Part shown: positions 55,936-64,000 of the stretch, piece by piece
Layout: each line of letters opens with the position of its first letter
Position numbering within the stretch: the first letter of the stretch is position 1
Source of the DNA: Dehalococcoidia bacterium
GTDB taxonomy: Bacteria > Chloroflexota > Dehalococcoidia > Plut-88900
Length of the DNA: 64,000 nucleotides
Assembly (NCBI GenBank): GCA_965197645.1
Contig: OZ240219.1
Location: 705,157 to 769,156, forward strand
Direction: 5' to 3'
Notes under the pieces: model-generated
Told to the model about the DNA's origin: nothing
The model's database searches: none
The model's input: the letters and a program-made list of their open reading frames with translations, nothing else
Position numbers and translations under genes: made by a program

Positions 55936-56100
55936 CTCAGAACCTGGCGTCGAGGGAGTCCAGAGGGTTTCTTTCCCTTGATGGCAAATCGAGATTCGGT
56001 TGTGCAACCAGCGTCGAAGGTTGGAGTCAGCCTTTCCTACTGCGGGGGCTTGGGGGGACGTTCCCCCAACCCCAAAATCGTTTCAGGGTGGGTGGGATGG
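55936..56100 (+). repeat. family B repeat copy with internal insertion
   Basis: The sequence ctcagaac...gagggagtccagagggtttctttccc... is followed about 70 nt later by ggggggacgttcccccaac...cagggtgggtggg. Confidence 0.65.
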
Positions 56101-56128
56101 TAGAACCACCTAGGGCGGGACGACCTAG

Positions 56129-58375
56129 CTAAGCCTCTCCGTTCTTGGCCTTCAACGCCTCCACCACCGCGCCCGGGTTCATGGGCAGCCGCCTCATCCT
56201 GACACCGACGGCGTCGTAGATAGCGTTGGCCAGAGCGGCCAGGGGTGGGGCGATGTTGGCCTCGCCGGCGCCGCGCACTCCGAAGGGATGGCCGGGGTTG
56301 GGCACCTCCACTATCACCGACTCGATCATCGGCAGGTCCACGATGGTGGGCATCCGATAGTCCAACAGGCTGGAGTTGAGAAGCTGTCCGTCCTTGCCCA
56401 TGAAATACTCTTCGTTCAACGCCCAACCCACGCCTTGGGCTGCTCCCCCCTGTATCTGCCCCTCTACGTAGTCGGGGTGTATCGCCTTTCCTACGTCCTG
56501 GAAGGCCGTGTACCGGAGTATATCGACCTTGCCCGTTTCATCGTCCACCTCAACGTCGACGATGTTGGCGGCATAGGAGGGGCCCACGCCCATGGGCAGG
56601 ACGGTGGCGCTGCCCACTACGGGCCCGCCGGTCCCGGCCAGCATACCCGCCATCTCCTTGAAGCCCAGTTTCAGCTCGGGGTCTGACCGGTGCCGGAGAG
56701 CGCCGTCAACGTACTCCACCTGGTCCTCCTCGACCTCCCAGATCCTGGCTGTCCGCTGGATCAGCTGCTTCCTGATGTCCATGCCGGCATCGTGGGCTGC
56801 GAAGCCCGTCTTGAAGGCCACGCTGCTCCCGCCTGTAGGGGAGGTGTAGCCGACGGTATCGGTATCGGCCACCTGGGGAATGACGTCCTCGACGGGAATC
56901 CCCAAGACCTCGGCCAGCTGCTGGGCCACGGCGGCCCTGCTGCCCCCGATATCCGGCGAGCCCTCGATGAGGCTGACTTTGCCATCGGACAGGACGCTGA
57001 CCACCGCGGCGGCCGGGCCCGTATTGTTGCGGCAGAAGCCCATCGAAAGCCCCCGCCCTCGGTTCTTCCCCTCCAGAGGCGCCTCGAAGTGAGGGTGACC
57101 CTTCATCGCCTCCATCACTTCCTTGGCGCCGATCCGCTTGTTCTTGGCGCCATCCGCCCGACGAGACCCCTCCTCGGCTACGTTGGCCAGCCGAAAGTCT
57201 ATCGGGTCCATCTTCAGCTCTTCGGCGATCTCGTCCATCAGCGCTTCAATGGCGAAGGTGACGTTGGGGGCGCCCGGGGCCCTGTAGGCGGAGGTCTTGG
57301 GCTTGTTGTCCACCACGTCGTAGCCCTCCACCTGCAGATTATCAACATAGTAGGGAGCGAAGATGGCTGCCGTGGCGGCGGCGACGGGCGCGCCGGGATA
57401 GGCGCCCGCTTCGAAATAGAAGGATGCGTGAGCGGCGGTGATTTTGCCTTCCTTAGTGACCCCTATCTTGGCCCTGGTGTAGCTTCCGCAGGTGGGCCCT
57501 GTGGACTCCAGCACCTCGGCCCTGGTCATGGTCATGTGGACCGGCTTGCCGCTCTTTTTCGATAGTGCGGCGGCCAACGGCTCCAGGTATGCGCCCAGCT
57601 TGCCGCCGAACCCGCCGCCGATCTCCATAGGCACCACCTTCACCTGGGAGGGCGGAATCCCCAGTATCTCCGCCGTCTGGTCCCGGATGGTGAAGTGCCC
57701 CTGGCTGCTGCACCAGACCGTCAACCGGCCGTCGGGCGCCCAGGACGCGGTAGCATTCTGAGGCTCGATGTAGCCCTGGTGCACCGTTTTCGTCCTGTAC
57801 TCCCGCTCGAGTACCAGGTCAGCCTCGGCGAACCCCTTTTCCAGGTCGCCGAACTGGTGCTGTTGATGGCTGGCAACGTTGAGCGACTCTGACCCGTTCT
57901 CCGACGGAGACCAGTGTTCGTGCAGCACCGGCGCATCCGGCTTCATCGCATCTTCCACGTCGAAGACCGGCGGCAGCACCTCGTACTCTACGTCGATGAG
58001 GGAAAGGGCCTCTTCGGCATCGTGAGTACTGGTTGCGGCCACCGCGGCCACCGGGTGGCCAGTGTAAAGCACCTTGTCCCGGGCCAGCATGTTCTCGACG
58101 ATCACCTGCAGGACCATGACCTCACGCCCGATGGGTTCACCCTGGGCCAGATCGTTGCCTGTGACCACGGCGCGAACCTGCGGATGTGCCTCGGCCTTGC
58201 TGGTATCGATGGACTTCACCCTGGCGTGGGCGTGGGGGCTTCTCAGCACCTTGCCGTGGAGCATACCCGGAAGCTGGATGTCAGCCCCGTAGCGAGCTGC
58301 ACCCGTTACCTTCTCCACCCCATCGTGCCTCACCGGTCGCGTCCCGATAACCTTGTATTCCGATGTAGTAGTCAC
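56129..58375 (-). CDS. xanthine dehydrogenase/aldehyde oxidase family molybdopterin-binding large subunit
   Basis: 748 aa. Has an N-terminal a/b-hammerhead region (VGTRPVRHDGVEKVTGAARYGAD), GGGFGGK and a C-terminal Mo-co domain. Confidence 0.9.
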   Translation of the reverse strand: MTTTSEYKVIGTRPVRHDGVEKVTGAARYGADIQLPGMLHGKVLRSPHAHARVKSIDTSKAEAHPQVRAVVTGNDLAQGEPIGREVMVLQVIVENMLARDKVLYTGHPVAAVAATSTHDAEEALSLIDVEYEVLPPVFDVEDAMKPDAPVLHEHWSPSENGSESLNVASHQQHQFGDLEKGFAEADLVLEREYRTKTVHQGYIEPQNATASWAPDGRLTVWCSSQGHFTIRDQTAEILGIPPSQVKVVPMEIGGGFGGKLGAYLEPLAAALSKKSGKPVHMTMTRAEVLESTGPTCGSYTRAKIGVTKEGKITAAHASFYFEAGAYPGAPVAAATAAIFAPYYVDNLQVEGYDVVDNKPKTSAYRAPGAPNVTFAIEALMDEIAEELKMDPIDFRLANVAEEGSRRADGAKNKRIGAKEVMEAMKGHPHFEAPLEGKNRGRGLSMGFCRNNTGPAAAVVSVLSDGKVSLIEGSPDIGGSRAAVAQQLAEVLGIPVEDVIPQVADTDTVGYTSPTGGSSVAFKTGFAAHDAGMDIRKQLIQRTARIWEVEEDQVEYVDGALRHRSDPELKLGFKEMAGMLAGTGGPVVGSATVLPMGVGPSYAANIVDVEVDDETGKVDILRYTAFQDVGKAIHPDYVEGQIQGGAAQGVGWALNEEYFMGKDGQLLNSSLLDYRMPTIVDLPMIESVIVEVPNPGHPFGVRGAGEANIAPPLAALANAIYDAVGVRMRRLPMNPGAVVEALKAKNGEA

Positions 58376-58532
58376 TGTCGTAAGTCCTTCCCGTCTAATA
58401 GCTGTGGTGGGGGACCCTGCCTAGGCTGATATCTTAACACGATCTGCCCTCATGTTCCCTATTCCCTCGGGTAAGACGGTATACTTACGGGGCCTGGCCA
58501 CAGCTACCCCAGGGAGACGAAGATGGTAGGGG

Positions 58533-59753
58533 ATGAGCATACAGTCTAAGGTTGTAGTTGGTCTGCTGGTCATCACCTGCCTGCTGCTGATCGCCTGTGG
58601 AGAAAACCCCGATCCCACTCCCACCACGCCCACTCAAACGGTATCTCTAGCCCCTGGCCTCCGGCCCCGCGACGAGTGGACCGTCGATAGCCCGGCCACC
58701 CTGGCGGAGATCGAGGCGGAGCTGCAGCGGTTCCGGGGCCATACCCTGACCTTCGTATCCTGGGGCGGCCCTTACCAGGTCGCTCAGCGCCGGGCCTACC
58801 TCGAACCCTTCGAGGAGAGGTTCGGCATAGAGATCATCGAGGACCAACCTCCTTCCTGGATCGAGTTGCAGTTCATGCTAGAGCTGGAAGACGTCACCTG
58901 GCACGTCCTCGATTTTCCCCAAACGGAGGTGCTCCAACTGGGCGCCGACGGCATTTTAGAGGAGCTGGATTTCAGCATCATCGATAACCGCCAGTTCGTC
59001 GATTCGGCAAAATCGGCCTGGGGGGCCGGGGGAGGCATCACCTGGTCCACCGTGCTGGCCTACAACACCGACGTCTATCCGGGAGGGCTTCCCGACATGT
59101 CCGCCTACTTCGATCCGGTCGGTTACCCCGGCTCACGGGCCTGGATCGACGGTGCAGGGCCCCAGGAGCTGTTTGCCCTGATAGGCGATAACCCCGGCCT
59201 GCTGGACACCCCGGAGGGCCGGGAGAGCCTGTCCAGCCTCTCGGAAGAGCAACTGGACCACGCCTACCGGCTCATGGACTCCCACCGGAGCCAGATCGAG
59301 ACCTACTGGTCGGGCGGCGTCGACTGCCGCTTCCTCGTCGGCACTGCAGAGATCGATATCTCCACCTGTTGGAATGGCCGGGTCTACGACGTCCAGCAGA
59401 TAGGCGCTCCCATAGGCATTTGCTGGCACTGCGGGCACCTAGTGCAGACCGAAACCTGGGTCATCCCCAAGGGTGTCAGCGAAGATCCGGACAAGTTCTA
59501 CCTGGCACAGCTCTTCATGGCCTGGGCCTCCTTCCCCGAGAGGAACGTCGAGCTGACCCGGTACATCAGCTACGGCCCTGTCAACCAGGCCTCGATCCCC
59601 CTGCTGAACGACGAGTCCTTCGATCACGTTCGCGACCACCTGCCCACCTCCCCCACCAACCTCCAGTACGCCATCTTCCTAGACGAGCAGTGGGCCAGCG
59701 AGACGGCCATCTCCAGGGCTCAGCGATACCTGGAGTGGCAACAGAGCTTTTGA
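58533..59753 (+). CDS. extracellular solute-binding lipoprotein, third paralogue (no Met/Glu repeat)
   Basis: Lipobox LLIAC. Collinear with 5863 and 7614 from RPRDEWTVDSPATL to RYLEWQQSF. Confidence 0.85.
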   Translation: MSIQSKVVVGLLVITCLLLIACGENPDPTPTTPTQTVSLAPGLRPRDEWTVDSPATLAEIEAELQRFRGHTLTFVSWGGPYQVAQRRAYLEPFEERFGIEIIEDQPPSWIELQFMLELEDVTWHVLDFPQTEVLQLGADGILEELDFSIIDNRQFVDSAKSAWGAGGGITWSTVLAYNTDVYPGGLPDMSAYFDPVGYPGSRAWIDGAGPQELFALIGDNPGLLDTPEGRESLSSLSEEQLDHAYRLMDSHRSQIETYWSGGVDCRFLVGTAEIDISTCWNGRVYDVQQIGAPIGICWHCGHLVQTETWVIPKGVSEDPDKFYLAQLFMAWASFPERNVELTRYISYGPVNQASIPLLNDESFDHVRDHLPTSPTNLQYAIFLDEQWASETAISRAQRYLEWQQSF

Positions 59754-59936
59754 GTTTCCGCGGGAGATGTGAGGGAGCCTTCGCACTTAAACCCCACGTT
59801 TCCTCAAGGTATGAGGGCCGCTCATCAAGGCAGAGGGGGAAGGGAGCCTCGATTGCGATCCGGGTTGGGTGGGAGGGAAAACGATCTTGGAAGAAAGCCT
59901 GAGCTTCTTGAAAGGTGGCTCTACGCGCATTCGCTG

Positions 59937-60144
59937 GATTGCCACGCCCCGCCTTTGTCGGGGCTCGCAATGACATAGGTATGGATTCAATCTAACCCTG
60001 GGCGTCGTTGCGAGCGAGGGGAGTTAGTCCTAGGGGTTGAAGGGAGCGAAGCAATCTGGGGAGGAGGGGCATACGTCTCCGGTGGGCAATGACCAAACCT
60101 GGGTAGATTGCCACACCCCGACCTTGTCGGGGCTCGCAATGACG
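59937..60144 (+). repeat. family A repeat, 2 cores (period 169 bp)
   Basis: Cores lie at 59937-59974 and 60106-60144, with a complete unit between them. Confidence 0.85.
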
Positions 60145-60159
60145 GAGGGGGCGTATCCG

Positions 60160-60247
60160 GGGAGTCCGGAGGGCATCCCTCTGGCAGGGGGTGTGGGGGA
60201 TGTGCTCCCAATCTACAGAATAATCGTACCAGGGCGGGTGGGAGGGA
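60160..60247 (+). repeat. family B hairpin repeat copy
   Basis: The sequence is gagtccggagggcatccctctggcagggggtgtgggggatgtgctccc...agggcgggtgggaggg. Confidence 0.75.
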
Positions 60248-60371
60248 AAAGCAACGCGGTGTGGGCTGGCACGTGAAGAGGATTCCTCGACGGACTGGGA
60301 ATGACCTGACCAGGGAACACCCTATAGCTCTCGCAAAGAGTGAAAGCCGCTGTGCACACCCGAGTTTGTTC

Positions 60372-61421
60372 CTACGGCTTTACGGCCGTCACCAGCGAGA
60401 ATATCCCGGGCAAAGGTATCTGCTTGGGAGAGATGAAGCCGGCCTCCGTGAGGGTCTCCGCCATTTCGTCGCCGGACTGCGATTCACCTTCCCCGCCGTA
60501 CATCACTGCGCCCATGAGGCTGCTCAGCGCCGGGCAAGCGGTCGTTTCGGTGTAAGGGCCCATGATCATGTCGTCCTGGATCATGATCAAACCCCCGGAT
60601 GCCATGCTCTCATAGGACTTCCTGCACACAAGCCGGCATACCTCCAGAGACTCCAGTAGTAGTACTCCCGAGATCAACACTACATCGTACCCCGTGCCGA
60701 AGGCATCAGTAAGGAAGTTCCCTGCCAGTGTTGAGATTCGCTGGGACAACCCCTGGGCTTCTACCAGAGACTGGGCAATGGGCAGGGCCTTTTCCTGATC
60801 GAAGACTACCCCCTCCAGCTCAGGGTACTTTTGGCAAAAGGCGATGGTGTAGACGCCGGACCCGCCGGCCACGTCCAGAAGTTTCCTCTTACCCGTCAGG
60901 TCGGTGCTCTGCAGGAGCTGGTCCTGCTGCCCGGATGCGCCCCACTGATGCATGGCCATCATGTAGTGGCGCCAGTAGGCCGATTCCTCCTCTTCAGAGT
61001 TGAACTCCGGCTCGTGGGCGATGGGCGTTCCCGTGCGCACGCCGGAATCAAGCTGGTCCCAGAGGGCCCACTGCCCCGTCCAGTAGGTAAACAGATCGCC
61101 ATAGTACTTGGGTTTCCCTTTTACCAGGTAAGTACCGCTCTCTTCGCTGTTCCGGTACTCGTCGCCCGCCTTTTCCAACAGACCTATGGCCACACAGGCA
61201 TTGAGCAACAGCTCCGTGTATCGATGGTGCGATCCAACCAGGTCCGCCACCCTCGCCGAGGTCAACTGTTCCCCATACAACTTGGTAAACAGCTCCAGCC
61301 TGATGGCGGCCTGCGCCGTGCCGATGGCCCACATCGCCCGAGACAGCTGGGATACCAGGGGCGGTTCGGCCTTGTTGGCTATCTTGGAAAAGACTTCCCC
61401 TATGTTCATGGGTCTCCTCAA
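60372..61421 (-). CDS. class I SAM-dependent O-methyltransferase (family 2-like, with N-terminal dimerisation/wHTH domain)
   Basis: Has SAM motif I LLDVAGGSGVY and the overall 349-aa two-domain layout. Confidence 0.75.
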   Translation of the reverse strand: MRRPMNIGEVFSKIANKAEPPLVSQLSRAMWAIGTAQAAIRLELFTKLYGEQLTSARVADLVGSHHRYTELLLNACVAIGLLEKAGDEYRNSEESGTYLVKGKPKYYGDLFTYWTGQWALWDQLDSGVRTGTPIAHEPEFNSEEEESAYWRHYMMAMHQWGASGQQDQLLQSTDLTGKRKLLDVAGGSGVYTIAFCQKYPELEGVVFDQEKALPIAQSLVEAQGLSQRISTLAGNFLTDAFGTGYDVVLISGVLLLESLEVCRLVCRKSYESMASGGLIMIQDDMIMGPYTETTACPALSSLMGAVMYGGEGESQSGDEMAETLTEAGFISPKQIPLPGIFSLVTAVKP

Positions 61422-61653
61422 ACGGGCTTGTCTCTCGTTTTGGAAAATAGAGGCTCTACGGTGACTATCTTACCCTACCGGCGATGAAAACGTCCCTGGG
61501 TCCGCATGAGGGCACTATCGCCCCGGCAGTTTCAATGCCTCTCCTCATCCGCGATGGTCAAGGTGGTAAAATCCTCGCCGGGACAGCTTCTCTCCGGCGG
61601 CCCGGAGGCTGGATTCCGAGACGTGCCCACAGGGGACTTGACGCGGTGAAAAC

Positions 61654-62910
61654 GTGACCGGCATCAACATATCGAACTCTCAAGCAAGGCGCATAGCCGT
61701 CTTCAAGCAGCGCCTCACCGGCCCTCGGCCACCGTCCACCGCCGACGCCATCGTGGACCTGATTCGAGACCTGGGTTGCGTTCAGATCGACCCTATTCGC
61801 GCCGTCGAGCGGACCCAGCACCTGGTCCTATGGAGCCGGTTGAGCGGCTACGATCCTTCGCAACTGGACGTAGCTCTTTGGGAGGAGCGGCGCCTGTTCG
61901 AGTACTGGGCCCACGCCGCGTCCATAGTCCTCACGGAAAATTACCAGATACACAGGTCCCAGATGGAGGCTAACCGCGTCAGCGACCGTGCATGGGAAAA
62001 AGAGAACCGGAACTGGATGGAGGGTCAGGAGGAGCTCCGTGAGCGGGTAATCGAATCTCTGAGAGAGAGTCCGCCGCTGTCGGCAGCCCAGCTCAGCACG
62101 CCCGATTCGACGAAGCGCCGCAGCGAGCCGGGTGGCTGGAGCATGGGTTCCGACGTCAGCCGGTTGCTGTCTACTCTCTGGACCCGGGGCGAGCTGATGA
62201 TCGCAGGGCGCAACAATCAGACTCGCCTGTGGACGCTGCCGGACCGGTGGCTGCCCGATTGGGTCCCGGATGGCGACCTATCGGAGCGGGAAGTGGCCCG
62301 TCGTGCGGTGCAGATATCGCTGAAGGCGCTGGGCGTCGGAACACCGGTACACATACGAAACCACTTCGTCCGCGCCCACTACCCGGGCCTCAACGAGGTG
62401 CTGGCCGAGCTGGTGAGCGAAGGCCAGGTGAGACCAGTGACTGTAGAGGATGACGATGGCACCTGGTCGGGCGACTGGTTCATTCACGCTGACGACGTCC
62501 CGCTGCTGGAACGGCTGGGCGAGGAGTGGGAACCAAGGACCACTCTGCTATCGCCCTTCGACAACCTGGTATGCGACCGCTCCCGGACGCTGGCCATGTG
62601 GGACTTCGATTTCACCATCGAGATATACCTTCCCAAATCGCAGCGCCGGTACGGATACTACGTGATGCCCATTCTTCACGGAGACCGGCTGGTCGGACGG
62701 ATCGATCCCAAGATGGACCGGTCGACGGGCACGCTCATCGTCAATGCCGTCTACGCAGAGCCCAGCACCCGAGAAGACGTCGGGATAGCCGAGGGCACGG
62801 CCCGCTCAATCGAAGACTTGGGGAGGTTCCTGGGCGCCCGTCGCGTGAAGTACGGGCGGCGTAAGCCTCCAGGGTGGCGTCCGTACCTGCGCACGGGAAA
62901 GCTCCCTTGA
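61654..62910 (+). CDS. winged-helix DUF1006 / YcaQ-family (AlkZ-like) DNA glycosylase-like protein
   Basis: Contains GCVQIDPI, EYWAHAAS and RRYGYYVMPILHGDRLVGRIDPK, which are family hallmarks as I recall them. Confidence 0.75.
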   Translation: MTGINISNSQARRIAVFKQRLTGPRPPSTADAIVDLIRDLGCVQIDPIRAVERTQHLVLWSRLSGYDPSQLDVALWEERRLFEYWAHAASIVLTENYQIHRSQMEANRVSDRAWEKENRNWMEGQEELRERVIESLRESPPLSAAQLSTPDSTKRRSEPGGWSMGSDVSRLLSTLWTRGELMIAGRNNQTRLWTLPDRWLPDWVPDGDLSEREVARRAVQISLKALGVGTPVHIRNHFVRAHYPGLNEVLAELVSEGQVRPVTVEDDDGTWSGDWFIHADDVPLLERLGEEWEPRTTLLSPFDNLVCDRSRTLAMWDFDFTIEIYLPKSQRRYGYYVMPILHGDRLVGRIDPKMDRSTGTLIVNAVYAEPSTREDVGIAEGTARSIEDLGRFLGARRVKYGRRKPPGWRPYLRTGKLP

Positions 62911-62914
62911 ATGA

Positions 62915-63335
62915 AAGCCTGGGCTGAGATTGCCACGCCCCGACTTTGTCGGGTCTCGTAATGACGAGGTGGTCGTTGCGAGCGAGGGGAGAGTTAGCCC
63001 TGGGGGGTGGAAGAGGGCGAAGCAATCTGGGTCGGAGGGGTATATGCCCCTGCCAGTCAACAGCCAGGCCTGGCTAGATTGCCACGCCCCGACTTCGTCG
63101 GGTCTCGCAATGACGAGGTGGTCGTTGCGAGCAACGGGGGAGGTCGTCTTGAGGGAGTCGAAGGGAGCGAAGCAATCTGGGCCGGGGGGGTATATGCCCC
63201 TGCCAGTCAACAGCCAGACCTGACTAGATTGCCACGCCCCGACTTCGTCGGGTCTCGCAATGACGAGGTGGTCGTTGCGAGCGATGGGAGAGTTAGCCCT
63301 GGGGGTGGAAGAGGGCGAAGCAATGTGGGCCGGAG
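62915..63335 (+). repeat. family A composite repeat, 3 tandem units, short-loop variant (period 148/150 bp)
   Basis: Cores lie at 62928, 63076 and 63226. Units are joined by the short hairpin ctcgcaatgacg-aggtg-gtcgttgcgag. Confidence 0.9.
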
Positions 63336-63358
63336 GAAGGGAAGGCACGCCTCATTTT

Positions 63359-63997
63359 TCAGACGGGCGACAGTCCCGTTTCGGAGATCTCCAGCACGTC
63401 GCCTTTGAAGTGATCGATGAACCAGCGGTCGTGGGAGGCGGCTATCACCGGGCCGGGCCACTCAGCAACCGTAGCTTCGAACGCTTCGAGGACATCCAGG
63501 CTCAGGTAGTTGGTAGGCTCGTCCAGGATCAGCAGGTTGGGCTCCGAGGCGATGAGGCGAGCGATCTCCACCTTTCTCAGCTGACCAACGCTCAGCTGGC
63601 GCAGGGTCTTGCCGATGTCGTCTTCCCGGAACAGGCCGTATCGCAGCAGGTCAAAAGTGAAGTCCCCCTGGTATCCCACCAGGCCTTCCCGGTACGCTTC
63701 CAGCACGGTACGTCCAAGGTCGTCGAACAGGGACTCCTGGGGCAGGTATCCCGCCCGCGCTCTCGGTGCGAAGGCGATCTCTCCCTCGTCCGGCGCTTCG
63801 TCGCCGGCCAGGATGCGCAGCAGGGTGGTCTTACCGGACCCGTTGGGGCCGACTATCGCGACCCTGGAATCGCGATTCAATGTGAGGTCCAGGTCGTTCA
63901 AGATACAATTAGAGCCGTACCGCTTGGTCACCCCGGTAGCCTTGGCGACGATGGCAGACCGGATGGATAGCGGCGTCAGCCCGGCCGTAACTTTCAA
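63359..63997 (-). CDS. ABC-F type ATP-binding cassette protein, C-terminal ABC domain (5' end outside window)
   Basis: Contains Walker A GPNGSGKTT, signature LSVGQ and Walker B LLILDEPTN. The frame is open to the window edge. Confidence 0.85.
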   Translation of the reverse strand: MKVTAGLTPLSIRSAIVAKATGVTKRYGSNCILNDLDLTLNRDSRVAIVGPNGSGKTTLLRILAGDEAPDEGEIAFAPRARAGYLPQESLFDDLGRTVLEAYREGLVGYQGDFTFDLLRYGLFREDDIGKTLRQLSVGQLRKVEIARLIASEPNLLILDEPTNYLSLDVLEAFEATVAEWPGPVIAASHDRWFIDHFKGDVLEISETGLSPV

Positions 63998-64000
63998 AGG

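Noticed and set aside
1-64000. Further in-frame TGA (selenoprotein) candidates
   Set aside because: I looked for other unexplained 5' gaps followed by same-frame ORFs across the window and found none besides 36793..37299. This was a manual check, not an exhaustive scan.

Overview
High-GC, densely coding bacterial chromosomal window with about 60 genes. Housekeeping genes (tsaD, proB-proA, mnmG, tatA/B-tatC plus a second tatA, gatC-gatA, gdh, nth, argC, tldD/pmbA, tRNA-Glu) are interleaved with catabolic and transport families. These include 3 PotD-like solute-binding lipoproteins, 2 MFS transporters, 2 hydantoinase-type amidohydrolases and 4 hotdog hydratases. Also present are 2 long SDRs, 2 DinB-like proteins, 2 SnoaL/NTF2-like proteins, an LLM flavin oxidoreductase, a family III CoA-transferase, a molybdopterin (XDH-family) large subunit and a phosphotriesterase-like hydrolase. 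The gene content recalls marine Chloroflexota (SAR202-like) genomes, but that is inference only. No CRISPR array, prophage or recognisable defence operon was seen. Six observations deserve a second look. (1) A peroxiredoxin-like gene carries an in-frame TGA exactly at the W-C-x-x-C position, making it a candidate U-x-x-C selenoprotein that the ORF track truncates. (2) A modular, highly structured 150-175 bp repeat (family A) has 15 clear cores at 8 loci, often in tandem. One array has a small GIY-YIG nuclease gene sitting in place of part of a unit, a possible nuclease/repeat partnership that is only a hypothesis. (3) A second hairpin repeat (family B) co-occurs with family A, and both avoid divergent promoter regions. 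(4) A 1751-bp tandem duplication carries a solute-binding lipoprotein with a Met/Glu-only repeat tether, and its ends are near-identical while its centre has diverged. (5) A low-GC islet with a fatty-acid desaturase is bracketed by decayed partial copies of the adjacent tRNA-Glu. (6) A roughly 930-bp gene-free stretch contains a compact three-way-junction fold and a 15-nt perfect complement of the 16S 3' end. All calls come from reading the sequence and from remembered family motifs, and no searches were run.
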